A DNA stretch of 60,998 nucleotides, filler included, from Asterionella formosa (lineage: Eukaryota), in assembly GCA_002256025.1 (NCBI GenBank). It is 19 parts of 19 records of this genome, joined end to end, with 100 filler letters (N's around TTAATTAATTAA, not from the genome) between each part and the next. Parts side by side here need not be neighbours in the genome. Positions count along the whole stretch, not along the records: positions 12,893 to 16,011 come from NKIB01014455.1; positions 16,112 to 19,229 come from NKIB01014456.1; positions 19,330 to 22,447 come from NKIB01014457.1; positions 22,548 to 25,665 come from NKIB01014459.1; 15 more parts are not named here. One strand, given 5' to 3'. Every line of letters begins with the position of its first letter. Position 1 is the stretch's first letter. The notes beneath the pieces are model-generated. The model was given only the letters and a program-made list of their open reading frames with translations. It was not told the DNA's origin and did not search any database. A program made the translations under genes and the position numbers. This document shows, piece by piece, positions 14,109 through 25,113 of this stretch.

Positions 14109-14929
14109 GTCCATCTAATTGAACCGGGCGCTCCGCGCCCCGGTGCGACCCAACGAACTCCAAACTTTAGTCGAGGCTCAATAACGCGTACTTAAAAATT
14201 TAGTTACCAAATATTCATGGTAAGTGAAAATAGAATGTAACTGCATGTTGTTGCATAAAAATAATATGACTAACTAGTATTGTTTGCTTCGCAGTTGTTA
14301 CAACATTAACATGAATACTAATAATGAAGGAAAGCTCAAATACGGAGTACAAGGGAATGGGGAGAGGCAGCCCCGCCCCTGCTAGCAGAAACATCAGTTT
14401 ATCCTTCAGAATCAGAGAAGGTCAAGAGAAAGGCCGAAGTGGGCAGTTACAGTTGTGTAAGATATGGGGTAGCAAGAACGCAGCAGACAAGAGAGTGAAC
14501 AGGAGTGAGACGGTGTGAGATAACTCTTTATTTGGATAGATTGAAACATTTCTAAATTTAGTAGTGAAATTACAATCCGTTTCCACATATTTTGGACAAA
14601 TAATTTCATAGAAATACGATGGTAATAATTGAAATTCAAAGAGAAGTAGCTAGTGATTTCGATTGAGTTGTTGTTACTCAATTACTATTCAAAGAGAAGT
14701 AGTGATTTCGACTTTAGTTGTTGTTACTCATTTACTGTATTTGTTTGATTACTTTGTGGTTACCGTTATGAGTCAATATGGATCAATACTAGAACACTAT
14801 GATCAAACAAATTAAATATAAACATGCTTATCAACTATTCATATATATATATATTATGTACCTGTAACACAAATAACAAAATGCGTATCATGCACAGAAA
14901 AATTATGTGCCAGTTATCGTATGGTACCC

Positions 14930-15317
14930 CTGATCTTATATGTACTATACTTTTTATTTGCAGACAGCATAGAAGTGCCTCCCGGCTTGTACTTAGATTC
15001 CGATGGGATATCAGTTGCGGAGAATACCGTTTTCACCGTGTCAAACATTATTGTATCACTTTCACCTTCTTGCATGTTTTTACCATTATAAGTCAACCTT
15101 TTTATATGGATGGCATCAGTTGAAGACCGATTTGGTTGAGAGACCCATTGTAATTGTGATATATTTTGATTATCTTACGCCCTATAGCTAAATTAAATCT
15201 TTTTCGAAAGAAAATCCGGAGAATCATATTCAAATCTGCTTCCATGAGTTGTATAACCCTTAGTTTGTCAAGCCTTGGTGTTTCTTTGACTTTTTCTAGC
15301 AATGACTTGTAATGCAT
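14930..15317 (-). mobile_element. Degraded non-LTR retrotransposon fragments (RT motif plus AP-endonuclease start)
   Basis: LEKVKETPRLDKLRVIQLMEADLN resembles an Ambal-type RT motif. IKIYHNYNG and DIPSESKYKPGGT resemble the N-terminal APE region. Confidence 0.6.
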
Positions 15318-15347
15318 TTGTCCATCTATCCAGGCAGAGTAAAACCA

Positions 15348-15874
15348 CTAGCAAAAGGAACTGACATCAAGGTGGGATATACAGCATAAAGAATCTGAAG
15401 TCAACGCTGCTTGGATCTTCATCTTTACAAAAACCTTTTCAGTTTCTGGGGCATTGTCGACACAAATTTCAACAAATCCAGCCGGAATGGCATCATTGTC
15501 ATAGTAATGAACTGCACCAATGCAATTGACAAGTTTGAGAAGCACTGAAAACATCACTTCACCTTCTGCTGCCTTCTTAAGCACATAATTGCATTCATCA
15601 TAGTAAAAGGTGTGTGTATCACCATTAGAAATTAACTAGAAGTGATTTTTAAGGGCATACCGCTCAGTTGTATCACCATCGTCTACAGTCCCAGGAGTGA
15701 CCATAATGGCAATCACCACTGTACTTCTGATGTTCTTGAGTTCCCTATGCAAAACTCTCATTCTTTCAAGTCAATAACATGGTGATTTTGGACCCATAGT
15801 GATAGGTGAATGAACTTGGAAAATCATGAAACAACAGCACCTTTGCCCATTTTCAATTTTCCTTTTTGCGCCAT
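15348..15874 (-). pseudogene. Decayed N-terminus resembling diatom piggyBac-like transposases
   Basis: MAQKGKLKMGKGAVVS*FSKFIH...RELKNIR...YALKNHF*LISNG...DNAPETE, with stops and frameshifts. Family recognised from memory only. Confidence 0.35.
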
Positions 15875-16111
15875 CTTGCACATATATTTTTAAATTATTT
15901 TGGCAGGCAGACTTCTTACATATCTGAAATTTTAAACCTATAAGCTTATTGCCATGATGCATATCTCCAGAAACCTACAGTTCTTTAGATAAAGATTAAA
16001 TTTTTTAGAATNNNNNNNNNNNNNNNNNNNNNNNNNNNNNNNNNNNNNNNNNNNNTTAATTAATTAANNNNNNNNNNNNNNNNNNNNNNNNNNNNNNNNN
16101 NNNNNNNNNNN

Positions 16112-16198
16112 GATCTCGTAAGCCTCCTTGGAGGCAAGATACAAAATCTGCCCGAGGAGGATCAGGTACAGAGTTGTTGCCACGCTTGCCTTGAGCAT
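16112..16198 (-). CDS. Possible 5' end of a host gene with a hydrophobic N-terminus (runs off contig)
   Basis: ACCATC-ATG, then MLKASVATTLYLILLGQILYLASKEAYEI, open to the contig edge. Confidence 0.3.
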
Positions 16199-16432
16199 GA
16201 TGGTGATAGGAGCTTGATGAAAATACAATGGCAAGTCCAATAGTCCAGGTTAACACGTTCGTCTTATCGGCAAAGCTTCAGCCAAAAGGTTCACTACAGC
16301 GATGAATGCGGAAGCAAACACAACGACAGTAATAAGTGAGTACGGGTACTATCGGTAGGCTGTAAAAATGGTGGATTTCACACCAATGATCACATGTCAT
16401 CCGTAGCGGTACGGGTACATGACATGCAATAT

Positions 16433-16690
16433 TGTACCAGGTACCAGGCTCGACCTAGTAGCGGTGACTATAGTATCACGCTGAGTGCCATGTACCAGGG
16501 TACCTGATACCTGGTACCAGTACCAGGTACCAGGTACCGGTTTGGCCATACAGAGTACGATGTCGTTACCAGGGAGTACCAGGTACTGTATACAGTTTGT
16601 GAATTGCACAGCGCCTTACTACAACAAGGTACGGAGTACTACGGAGACCATTACTTTGTCTGTGTACCTGGTACCAGGTACCAGTACTTG
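16433..16690. repeat. Dense TA-CC(A/T)GG-TA / TACCGGTA array
   Basis: For example TACCAGGGTACCTGATACCTGGTACCAGTACCAGGTACCAGGTACCGGT. Similar arrays near 17795, 18203, 34443, 40509, 43517, 43910, 50862, 51715 and 54458. Confidence 0.9.
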
Positions 16691-18229
16691 TGTCGCGGTA
16701 GCTCCTCCAGCATGGTTATGGAGCGGCACCAAAGAATCTTCCTGCTGAGGAACCCAGCATCGCGTCGTGGTTGGAATCATATGTTTGTGTAGCTTCAACA
16801 GACAACCTTGTACTGGTTTGACCCTTATACGTACCAACCGGAAGAATAACACGTTTTGTCACGAATTTCAGTTTAACATGGCTGGAGCACTTGTCATAGT
16901 AATTTAATGGATAGGTTTTGGATCCCAGGGCAATAATAGCATTGTAAAAGTTGCTGTACCTAAGTAGATATGGCTAAATAAATAGTTTCTTTTCCCTCCA
17001 TCATAATAATGGAAAATTAATTGGCATTGTAGAGATGTAATTTGTCAAGGGACCAGTGACCTTAGGGCAGCAGCTGTTGCAGCAGCTGTTGCAGCAGCTG
17101 CGAAAAATTCATTACATTCAGGAGCAGAGCTTGCAGTGATGCATGGAGGACCTGGAAATACTGGTGGAGATGGCAATACTATGATTGCACCACCAAAGCG
17201 GTTTACACTACATAGTACTATGAATGGTGGCCAATTCCATGTTTTACCACAGACATGGAGGAGGTTACCATATGAGCCTTGGTTCCTTGGACTTGTGGAT
17301 GCAAAGGCGGTTGGGAAATGTGAAGAATGATGTTCCTCCCCTCAAGATTTTGCAAGGAAGAGGTGTTTACCATTTACATTTCATAGTGGCAGAGGAGGGT
17401 TGTTGGGTTACTAGGAAGGGTTGGTGCAAAATTCTGTGTGACAGCATCAGATTCTTGATGGTATACTTGGAGAACAAAGTCAGGGCTAGTACTGTAAAGT
17501 GGGTCAAGACTCATACAGTTTCCTCAGTTCTGGCAATGTATTATGAAGTAGACAAACTGGTGGTAAGCAAATGATAGTAACATTGCATCAGCATCACATA
17601 AGCTGCCATCCCCAGTTAAGATGACAGACATTGGTGGCATTGGTGTTGATCCTTCGCAAGCAAGAAAAGCATTTATCCATGGAAACACTAGATGAATAGT
17701 GCATAATCTTTACAGTTACAAGTCCAAATGCAGGTATTGCTGTTCCATTTTTAATCCCACAAGCCACAGTACAACATGATACATAATATACCAACTACCT
17801 GGTACCTGGTACCAGAATGCTGGTGAGACGTGCATCACAATACCTGCCGCTATATACGGTATGTTGATATTTGCTACGTAATGATGTGATGCTCAATTTC
17901 GACATCAAGCACTACATCATATCTGATTCTGGATTCCGTTTCTTCGTATACTCCTGTGCTCATGTGTATACTTTGTCGTATGTAGCTAGTTAGTATCTGG
18001 AACATGCGGCTCAGACCGCGCTCAGTGGTGTCCGGTACAATAATGGTTTTGTAACTCGCTTCTTATCAGCCCCTTTCGTCAGACTACCAGGTACTAACAA
18101 TATAGGGACACGACTAAAATTGGAGATGAGCGATGATGGCTGATTTTATCCTTCATACGACATGCAAACAAGCAAGCGACAGGCACAGCTACAAACCCCC
18201 TGATACCTGGTACCAGGTACCAAGGTACA

Positions 18230-19229
18230 TGGTGAAGTATCTAACTAGAAGTAGTAGTATTCATTGAATATATGAGCTAATTAATTTTATGTACAACTTG
18301 TTTTCCCAAGTTGACATCAAAATATACAACAGGTGTTAGTCGAGTTCTGATATATTTGAGATAACCCTAACCCGATATATATCTGTATCAATGTGCAGGA
18401 TCGCTCACTCTCCCACACTTGAGGGAAAACCTTTTACCTATGAAAAGGTTTGATACAACAAATATTAATTCGTTCTGTAATATGCATAGTGCGTTGAAAA
18501 GTAACTGTACCATTGGCATGTACTTGAATAATAGTATAAGGACCTCGTCCACGATCATCCAAAGTAATAAGATTATCCAAAAGTATTAAAATCTCATCAC
18601 CCACTTTGTAATCATAAGATCGGCGACGAAAATTAACGCGACGTAAGCGTTCGTCGATTATAACCTGTCGACGTTGATGTATCAATTGTAAATCTGTAAT
18701 CAAAGGAATATTTAAAATCATATCACGTTGAAAAACCCATGCACCTGGTGAAATACGTAATATACTATGAATAGTAGTTCGAGCTGCATATGATGCAGTT
18801 GCAAAACACGTATCCACAATATTTTGGGCTTGAAATTCATTCATCGGAGGATGAGCCTTTAACATAACTCGTAGACTATTACTGATAGATTGATGTAAAC
18901 ATTCACAGATAGCATTTGCTTGTGTATTCTTGACTGTAGTAGTCACATCTTTAATTCCATTCAACACCAACATGTGTAAGAAAGGAGCACCAGTAAATTC
19001 ACCTCCATTGTCATGTATACAACGTTCTGGACGGGGATATCTGGCTAACCAATCATTTTCAAATTTCATTGCAATATATTCTGATGTTTTGTTATTGATA
19101 CATGAAATTTCTGCCAAATTGGTGACTGTATCAATACAAGTTAGAGCACGAAATTCAATTACTTGAGTTGCCACTGTTATCTTCCATGGACCAATTCAAT
19201 CTACTGCGACTTCTGACCATGGTAATAAC
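18230..19229 (-). mobile_element. Ty3/gypsy 3' end: integrase (18434-19229), polypurine tract and 3' LTR (~18230-18407)
   Basis: GPW...ALTCIDTVTNL...WLARYPRPERCIHDNGGEF...QANAICE...RINICCIKPF, then GTGTGGGAGAG|TGAGCG. The LTR ends ...GTTAGATACTTCA(CCA); boundaries are supported by the related copy at 31457-31710. Confidence 0.9.
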
Positions 19230-19329
19230 NNNNNNNNNNNNNNNNNNNNNNNNNNNNNNNNNNNNNNNNNNNNTTAATTAATTAANNNNNNNNNNNNNNN
19301 NNNNNNNNNNNNNNNNNNNNNNNNNNNNN

Positions 19330-19848
19330 CATCACCTCTGCAGTTCGAATTTGCCTTGAACCCCCTAATAGTCGCTTTGTGACGCTATTATTAAGAAAAG
19401 AAGCGACATTACTGTTCTTCGGAAACAAAGGAGCAGGAAAACCATGGTCAGAAAAGAAGAATAGGTTGTAGCGGACGCTCTTGACTTGACAATTGGCTCT
19501 ATAGAAGTCCACCACTGTGCCACTTGGAATGGTGATTCTATTGGGATCATAGGACATTGAAGGGTAGCACTTGTTCATGTATGTCATCAATGTTCACGTA
19601 GTCAATAGCATGTCGCTTCCAATGTTGAATTTTTGGTTCATGTAGTGAATGAGGAGGTCGGCCAGAATCCAGCGCCCACATAGTGATGACTCCGCCATCA
19701 CCAAAGAAAAATATCGTCCAAACAACTGAAAGTTTGATGTCATCTGTTTTGCGGTTTGGTTTCCGATCAGCGCTATGATCACGGTTCTAATACTATATCG
19801 CAAAACACAAGGCACTGAAGGGAAGCAAAGGGAACCAACCGAGCGCAA
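19330..19848 (-). pseudogene. Unidentified ORF with a single in-frame TGA, runs off contig
   Basis: ORFs 19594-19848 and 19282-19590 share a frame and are separated by one TGA (...LLTT*TLMTYMNK...). No recognisable domain. Confidence 0.35.
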
Positions 19849-20357
19849 TCAACATGGTGATGGTTGTAACAACAAGAGATTCATCGCACAAAATATTTAG
19901 CTATATTTTTAGAAATAGGCCTACTAGAGCTACTATATGTTCTTCGATCATGCACCCAGCCATATGATATGAGGGACGACATAATGGGTGCACTTCGAAA
20001 TACAAAAATTATCTGTCCCAAAGTTATTCCATAACAAATATTGTTTGCTAAAATAATATTTATATATATATACATATATATTACTATAATAACATAATTG
20101 CGCTCGAATTAATTTACATTACTTATCTCACAGTAAATATAAATTTAGGTATAAATTAGGAAAAAGATATTTCATTTCCCTATTTCGATATTTCGTCCCA
20201 TTCTTTTTATACATGGATGCTTTGGAGAATGAAAGTGAAGATGAAACAGAAAGCAACAGCGAAGATGAGAATGACAGTTATCAACCTGGTGATTATGACA
20301 ACAGTTTCGACTTGTCATAAGGGCCATTCTTATCATTCTGTTATTTGTCGTCATTGG

Positions 20358-20551
20358 TGTATCATCGCCGAAATATGATACAACAATGGCGGTTTGGTTT
20401 TTTTGTGTATCATCAATGGTTTTTTGGTCTGATCACCAGTGTATCACGAGTGTATCACTGATACAGTTTTTGGACCCCTGACCAATGCTGTATCAGTGAT
20501 ACAGCCGTTGATCACTGTGTATCACATCTGTTGGCACTGATAAAGTAACTG
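20358..20551. repeat. TGTATCA/TGATACA motif array, probable DNA transposon end
   Basis: Nine exact heptamers in both orientations between 20358 and 20524, including two TGTATCA-S-TGATACA palindromes. The block ends ACTG|TA at 20551. Confidence 0.7.
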
Positions 20552-20721
20552 TAAATACGCAAGCAGAACACTATTATTTATTGCGCCAACTATTTTTTGC
20601 TATTTAGATATGGTACTCTGTATACACTACCTTTCCACTTCGTCAGTCAAGCAAGAATCAGTAGTCCGCTCATCTCTATACCTGTCTTCCAACATCGACT
20701 ATATCTCGATTGATTGGCGCA

Positions 20722-22000
20722 ATGAGCAGCAAAGTAGTGGATAGAGCTGAAACTTCTGATGCTTCCGATATTCCCATTTCGGAATAGAATCAATGCCTTG
20801 TACTACCTGATGAGGATGTCAATGATATTGTTGAGTTGTCCACTGCTGGTCCAACCGACACAGTACACTTCTTGAAATTGATGAGATGCATCCATCTGGA
20901 AATAAAATACCTGCAACTGCTGGTACACTTCTTGACATTGACAAGCAAGATGGATCCATCTGAAAATAAAATACCTACAACTGCTGGTACACTTCTTGAC
21001 ATTGACAAGATGGATCCATCTGAAATTAAAATACCTGCAACTGCTGGTACACTTCTTGACATTGACGAGATGGGTAAATGGATAATTAAGGTAATAGTGA
21101 AGTCCTTCTTGCCATTCCTGTACCCTGACACTTTAAATCTCACGCAAACTTTTCGAAGTACCTTGACAATTCAATTTTTATGAATCAAACCCATCCCACT
21201 TTCATCCAAAATAAAATACCTGCAACTGCTGGTACACTTCTTGACATTGACAAGACAGGTCCCCTTGATAACAAGAGGAAACTCTTTCCCGGTTGTCTAG
21301 CCAATAATGATGAGTTTGTCAACTCGCTCATAGTACCAGATGACTTTGTTCTGAATGAAAGTGGGCTGGGATTGATTCATAAAAATGGAATTGACATAAA
21401 ACATATATCTGTCAAGGTACTTCGAAAAATTTGCGTGAGATTTTAAGTGTCAGGGTACAGGAATGGCAAGAAGGACTTTACTATTACCTTAATTATCTGT
21501 TTACTGAAAAGAGACTGGCTGGTTGGTCAACTATATCTCCATTCTACTATGACCATGTATAATTGAGTGATTGACATCCACAGCATTCCCAGCAATAATG
21601 ATGGCAATAATGGTGAATCTATTATTGAAGCAAGATAAAGAAAAGAGTCGTGGCAATGTTGATATGGACTCTGATTGGTTGCTCACTGAAAGGGAAGCCA
21701 GATGAAACAGACAAAGACCCTGACTATACTCTTAATTCGCAAGATAGCAGTGATGATGATGAAAAATCATTGTTTTTTCCTCTTCCTGTTGCAAAGAAGG
21801 CAACAACAAAGAAAAAGGCAACAGTAGCAAAATCAACTCCTCCAAGCAGTGTCACTTGTGCTAACACATATTTTCCTGTTATCAATGTGTACATGTGTGA
21901 GCAACCCAGAAGTGATGTGAAATTCAGTTCAAATCAAGTTACCGCTGCTAAGACATTAAAAAAAATTTCAAATGCCGTGATGCACGAAAAAAATGATTAG
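20722..22000 (+). pseudogene. Decayed ORF, probable DNA-transposon accessory protein
   Basis: Interrupted frames include VLRKICVRF*VSGYRNGKKDFTITLI and KSTPPSSVTCANTYFPVINVYM. Contains 60-bp coding repeats and an inverted duplication. Confidence 0.45.
20862..21255 (+). repeat. 60-bp tandem repeat (MDPSENKIPTTAGTLLDIDK), about 3.5 copies plus one displaced copy
   Basis: AATAAAATACCTGCAACTGCTGGTACACTTCTTGACATTGAC at about 20900, 20965, 21025 and 21210. Confidence 0.9.
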
Positions 22001-22547
22001 AACGGCACTGACCTATGGATCTGGTAGCTACTGGTAGTGGCACCAGTATCAGTACCTGGTGTTCCGTGTAATACTGCCCTGAATGGCTGAACTGATGATC
22101 TCAGCCTTTTGCTTCTTGGGAGTAAATTCGTTTCATGTAGATTCAATATTCAATACACCAGTCCATTAATTACCATATTCTTTCATTTCCCGTAACCCCG
22201 CGATGCATTGATGCCTTTCCCTCCTGAAAAGTGATGGTAAGGAGCACTGCGGTATTCTTACTCAATTCACATGCACATTCCTAGGGAATGGAATGCATTC
22301 AACTGGTACCCATGTCTGTGCTGACTTCTCAATCAAACGATGAAGCTTCTGGGATCAAAACGAAGATTGCTGATCGCAAACGAAGAAGAGAAAGCTCCGT
22401 GTCGAACACTTCGTTGAAACCAACAAACAACAAACCGAAATTGAGCANNNNNNNNNNNNNNNNNNNNNNNNNNNNNNNNNNNNNNNNNNNNTTAATTAAT
22501 TAANNNNNNNNNNNNNNNNNNNNNNNNNNNNNNNNNNNNNNNNNNNN

Positions 22548-23903
22548 ACGGATGACCCTACTATTCTGCTATCGAGCTCTGGTGCTTCACCTGATCTCCA
22601 GCCTGAACTGAAAAAAGCCAAGATAGAAATCAGCCCTTCAATCTCAAATCAATTTGACGCGCCACCAGCACCTAGTAACATCACGTCTTCTGCTCCCTTA
22701 AGTACTAGTAGCATTGGGATGTCAAGCTACGACCAGAAAATAGCTGCAGCAGGAGGTATCACTACGATTCTGTTTGCAATGAAGACTCATTCCTCCAATG
22801 CTACTGTGCAACAAAATGGTTGTGCAGCACTTCAGAACTTGGCTTATAATAATGACAACAACAGAGTGACAATTGCTGATGCAGGAGGTATCACTACGAT
22901 TCTGTCTGCAATGATGACTCATTTCTCAAATGCTACTGTGCAATACTATGGTTGTGGAGCACTTGCGAACTTGGCTTTTAAAAATAACAACAACAAGGTG
23001 ACAATTGCTGAAGCAGGAGGTATCACTAAGATTCTGTATGCAATGAAGACTCATTCCTCCAATGCTACTGTGCAAGAAAATGGTTGTGCAGCACTTAGGA
23101 ACTTGGCTTTTAATGAAAACAACAAGGTGACGATTGCTGAAGCAGGAGGTATCACTACGATTCTGTCTGCAATGAAGACTCATTCCTCCAATGCTACTGT
23201 GCAAGAAAATGGTTGTGCAGCACTTCTGTGCTTGGCTTATCCTAATAAAAAGAACCAGGAAACGATTGCTGAAGCAGGAGGTATCACTACGATTCTGTCT
23301 GCAATGAAGATTCATTCCTCCAATGCTACTGTGCAAGAAAATGGTTGTGGAGCACTTCAGAACTTGGCTTGGAATAATGACAAGAACCAGGTAACAATTG
23401 CTGACGCAGGAGGTATCATTACGATTCTGTCTGCAATGAAGACTCATTCCTCCAATGCTACTGTGCAAGAGTGTGGTTGTGGAGCACTTGATAACTTGGC
23501 TGAGAATAATGAAAACAACAAGGTGGCAATTGCTGATGAAGGAGGTATCCCTCTGATTTTGTCAGCTATGAATAATTATTCCTCCAATGCTAATGTACAA
23601 CTCCAAGGTTGTGCAGCATTTTGGAACTTGGCTGACAATAATGAAAACAACAAGGTGACGATTGCTGATGCAGGAGGTATTCCTTCAATTCTGTCTGCGA
23701 TGAGGACTCATTCCTCCAATGCTAGGGTTCAAGAGCATGGTTGTGGAGCACTTTGGAAATTGGCTTTGAATAATGGCAGCAACAAGGTGACGATATCTGA
23801 TGCTGGTGGAAAAGCCCTAATTGAGTCTGCTATGCGAAATTACTCGTCCAATGCTGGTGTTCAAGAAAAAGGTAATGGAGCACTTTGCAATTTGTGGAAA
23901 TGA
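22548..23903 (+). CDS. Armadillo-repeat protein, 9 repeats of 44 aa (one of 43), 5' partial
   Basis: The frame is open from the contig start at 22548 through the listed ORF 22719-23903. Consensus KVTIAEAGGITTILSAMKTHSSNATVQENGC.AL.NLA.NN.NN with a 132-bp DNA period. Confidence 0.9.
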   Translation, partial: TDDPTILLSSSGASPDLQPELKKAKIEISPSISNQFDAPPAPSNITSSAPLSTSSIGMSSYDQKIAAAGGITTILFAMKTHSSNATVQQNGCAALQNLAYNNDNNRVTIADAGGITTILSAMMTHFSNATVQYYGCGALANLAFKNNNNKVTIAEAGGITKILYAMKTHSSNATVQENGCAALRNLAFNENNKVTIAEAGGITTILSAMKTHSSNATVQENGCAALLCLAYPNKKNQETIAEAGGITTILSAMKIHSSNATVQENGCGALQNLAWNNDKNQVTIADAGGIITILSAMKTHSSNATVQECGCGALDNLAENNENNKVAIADEGGIPLILSAMNNYSSNANVQLQGCAAFWNLADNNENNKVTIADAGGIPSILSAMRTHSSNARVQEHGCGALWKLALNNGSNKVTISDAGGKALIESAMRNYSSNAGVQEKGNGALCNLWK

Positions 23904-24935
23904 TCATCATGGTAATAATTAGGAGGATCATTTAGTTTATATTATTGTAATTACGGAACTGTTATGTCTTGATTATCAATAAGTAGGTTATGTTTTTGTT
24001 AAACTGTTAGTTGAAATTTACGTTTACACTCTTCTTAATGGATGTTTCCCTGATTATGATACATACATTCTGAGCAATGCTCGTTTTGTAAACTCGTTCA
24101 TATTGCATACAGAAGGATCCATCAACATGGAGATGGACATGGAGATGAATAGCACACCGTCACCATCTGGGGGTAGCCGGAATGAAACAAGTCCTTATAT
24201 AATGTATTCGCAACAGCAACAAATCAGACATGATTCCTCGGAGAAAGTGATGAGTGAGTACCAGGTACCTGTCGTATCCCAGTCGTCTTGGTCTACAGTA
24301 TTAGGGGTTTATTATATATAGAGGAGGATCAGAACAGCTGGATATGTTCCGATCCTGAGAATTTGAGAAAAAGAAATACGTATGTTTGCATACCAAGTCA
24401 ATTCAGTGATTACGTATGCACTATTTACGTATGGAATCAGAATCACCCTACAGGAAGAGAGGAATGGATTGACCATTGGAGATCATTTCCATTTTTCACA
24501 GTTTATATCATAATTTTAGTTTACGTTTTACATTTTAACCTTTATTATCCGGTACTGCCACTGAGAATATCGTCACTGTTTAAGACGGTTTCTGGTTAAG
24601 AAGGTTAGCCAGCCCCCATTTTCCCTCCACTACATAATATGTCATATTAGGAGAAAGTTATAGTGATCACGTTTTTACTATTTACATAGCAAAATACTAT
24701 GGCCCATATTTCGATTCATGACGTAAGTTTGCAATATATTAGCTTTTTTGATGAAAATGTAACTTCGTCAAAGCATAGAATTTCTGGCATCGGAAGCGAT
24801 TTCAGGGATGAAGTCTCTGGCTCATTATCGAAGAAAGTATACAATTGAGGAAATGGTAAGTTGTCCAAAATCATGATGTCATAACTTCGGCAAGACCATC
24901 ATCATCGTTGTAGCTGTTGATTGTTATTTGCACTA

Positions 24936-25044
24936 ATGTCCTGTCGTTGCTCTTGTAAGCACAGCGGATGATGCAATGTGGCTGGAGGAGGAACGGCAGG
25001 GGAGACATGTCCTGTCGTTGCTCTTGTAAGCACAGCGGATGATG
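24936..25044 (+). repeat. 38-bp direct repeat
   Basis: ATGTCCTGTCGTTGCTCTTGTAAGCACAGCGGATGATG at 24936-24973 and 25007-25044. Confidence 0.85.
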
Positions 25045-25113
25045 GGGAGGGGGGCATCGAACTGAATGCAGGAAGAAATAATCAGCAATCAGCCGCATGT
25101 GACAGGGTCGATT

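Noticed and set aside
16485..16748. ORFs with VPGTRYQ/YQVPGT peptides (also near 40543 and 43586)
   Set aside because: Translation by-products of the TACC(A/T)GGTA arrays.
17590..17740. WTCNCKDY....CFH as a SWIM finger of a MULE transposase (minus strand)
   Set aside because: One short motif interrupted by a stop, with no supporting transposase sequence.
18362..18373. TAACCCTAACCC telomere-like motif
   Set aside because: Two units only, internal to a Gypsy LTR.
20862..21255. 60-bp repeats as a CRISPR array
   Set aside because: Head-to-tail coding repeats with no unique spacers, no cas genes, eukaryotic context.
22722..23468. Minus-strand repetitive ORFs (MSLHCRQNRSDTSC...)
   Set aside because: Antisense shadow of the armadillo-repeat gene.
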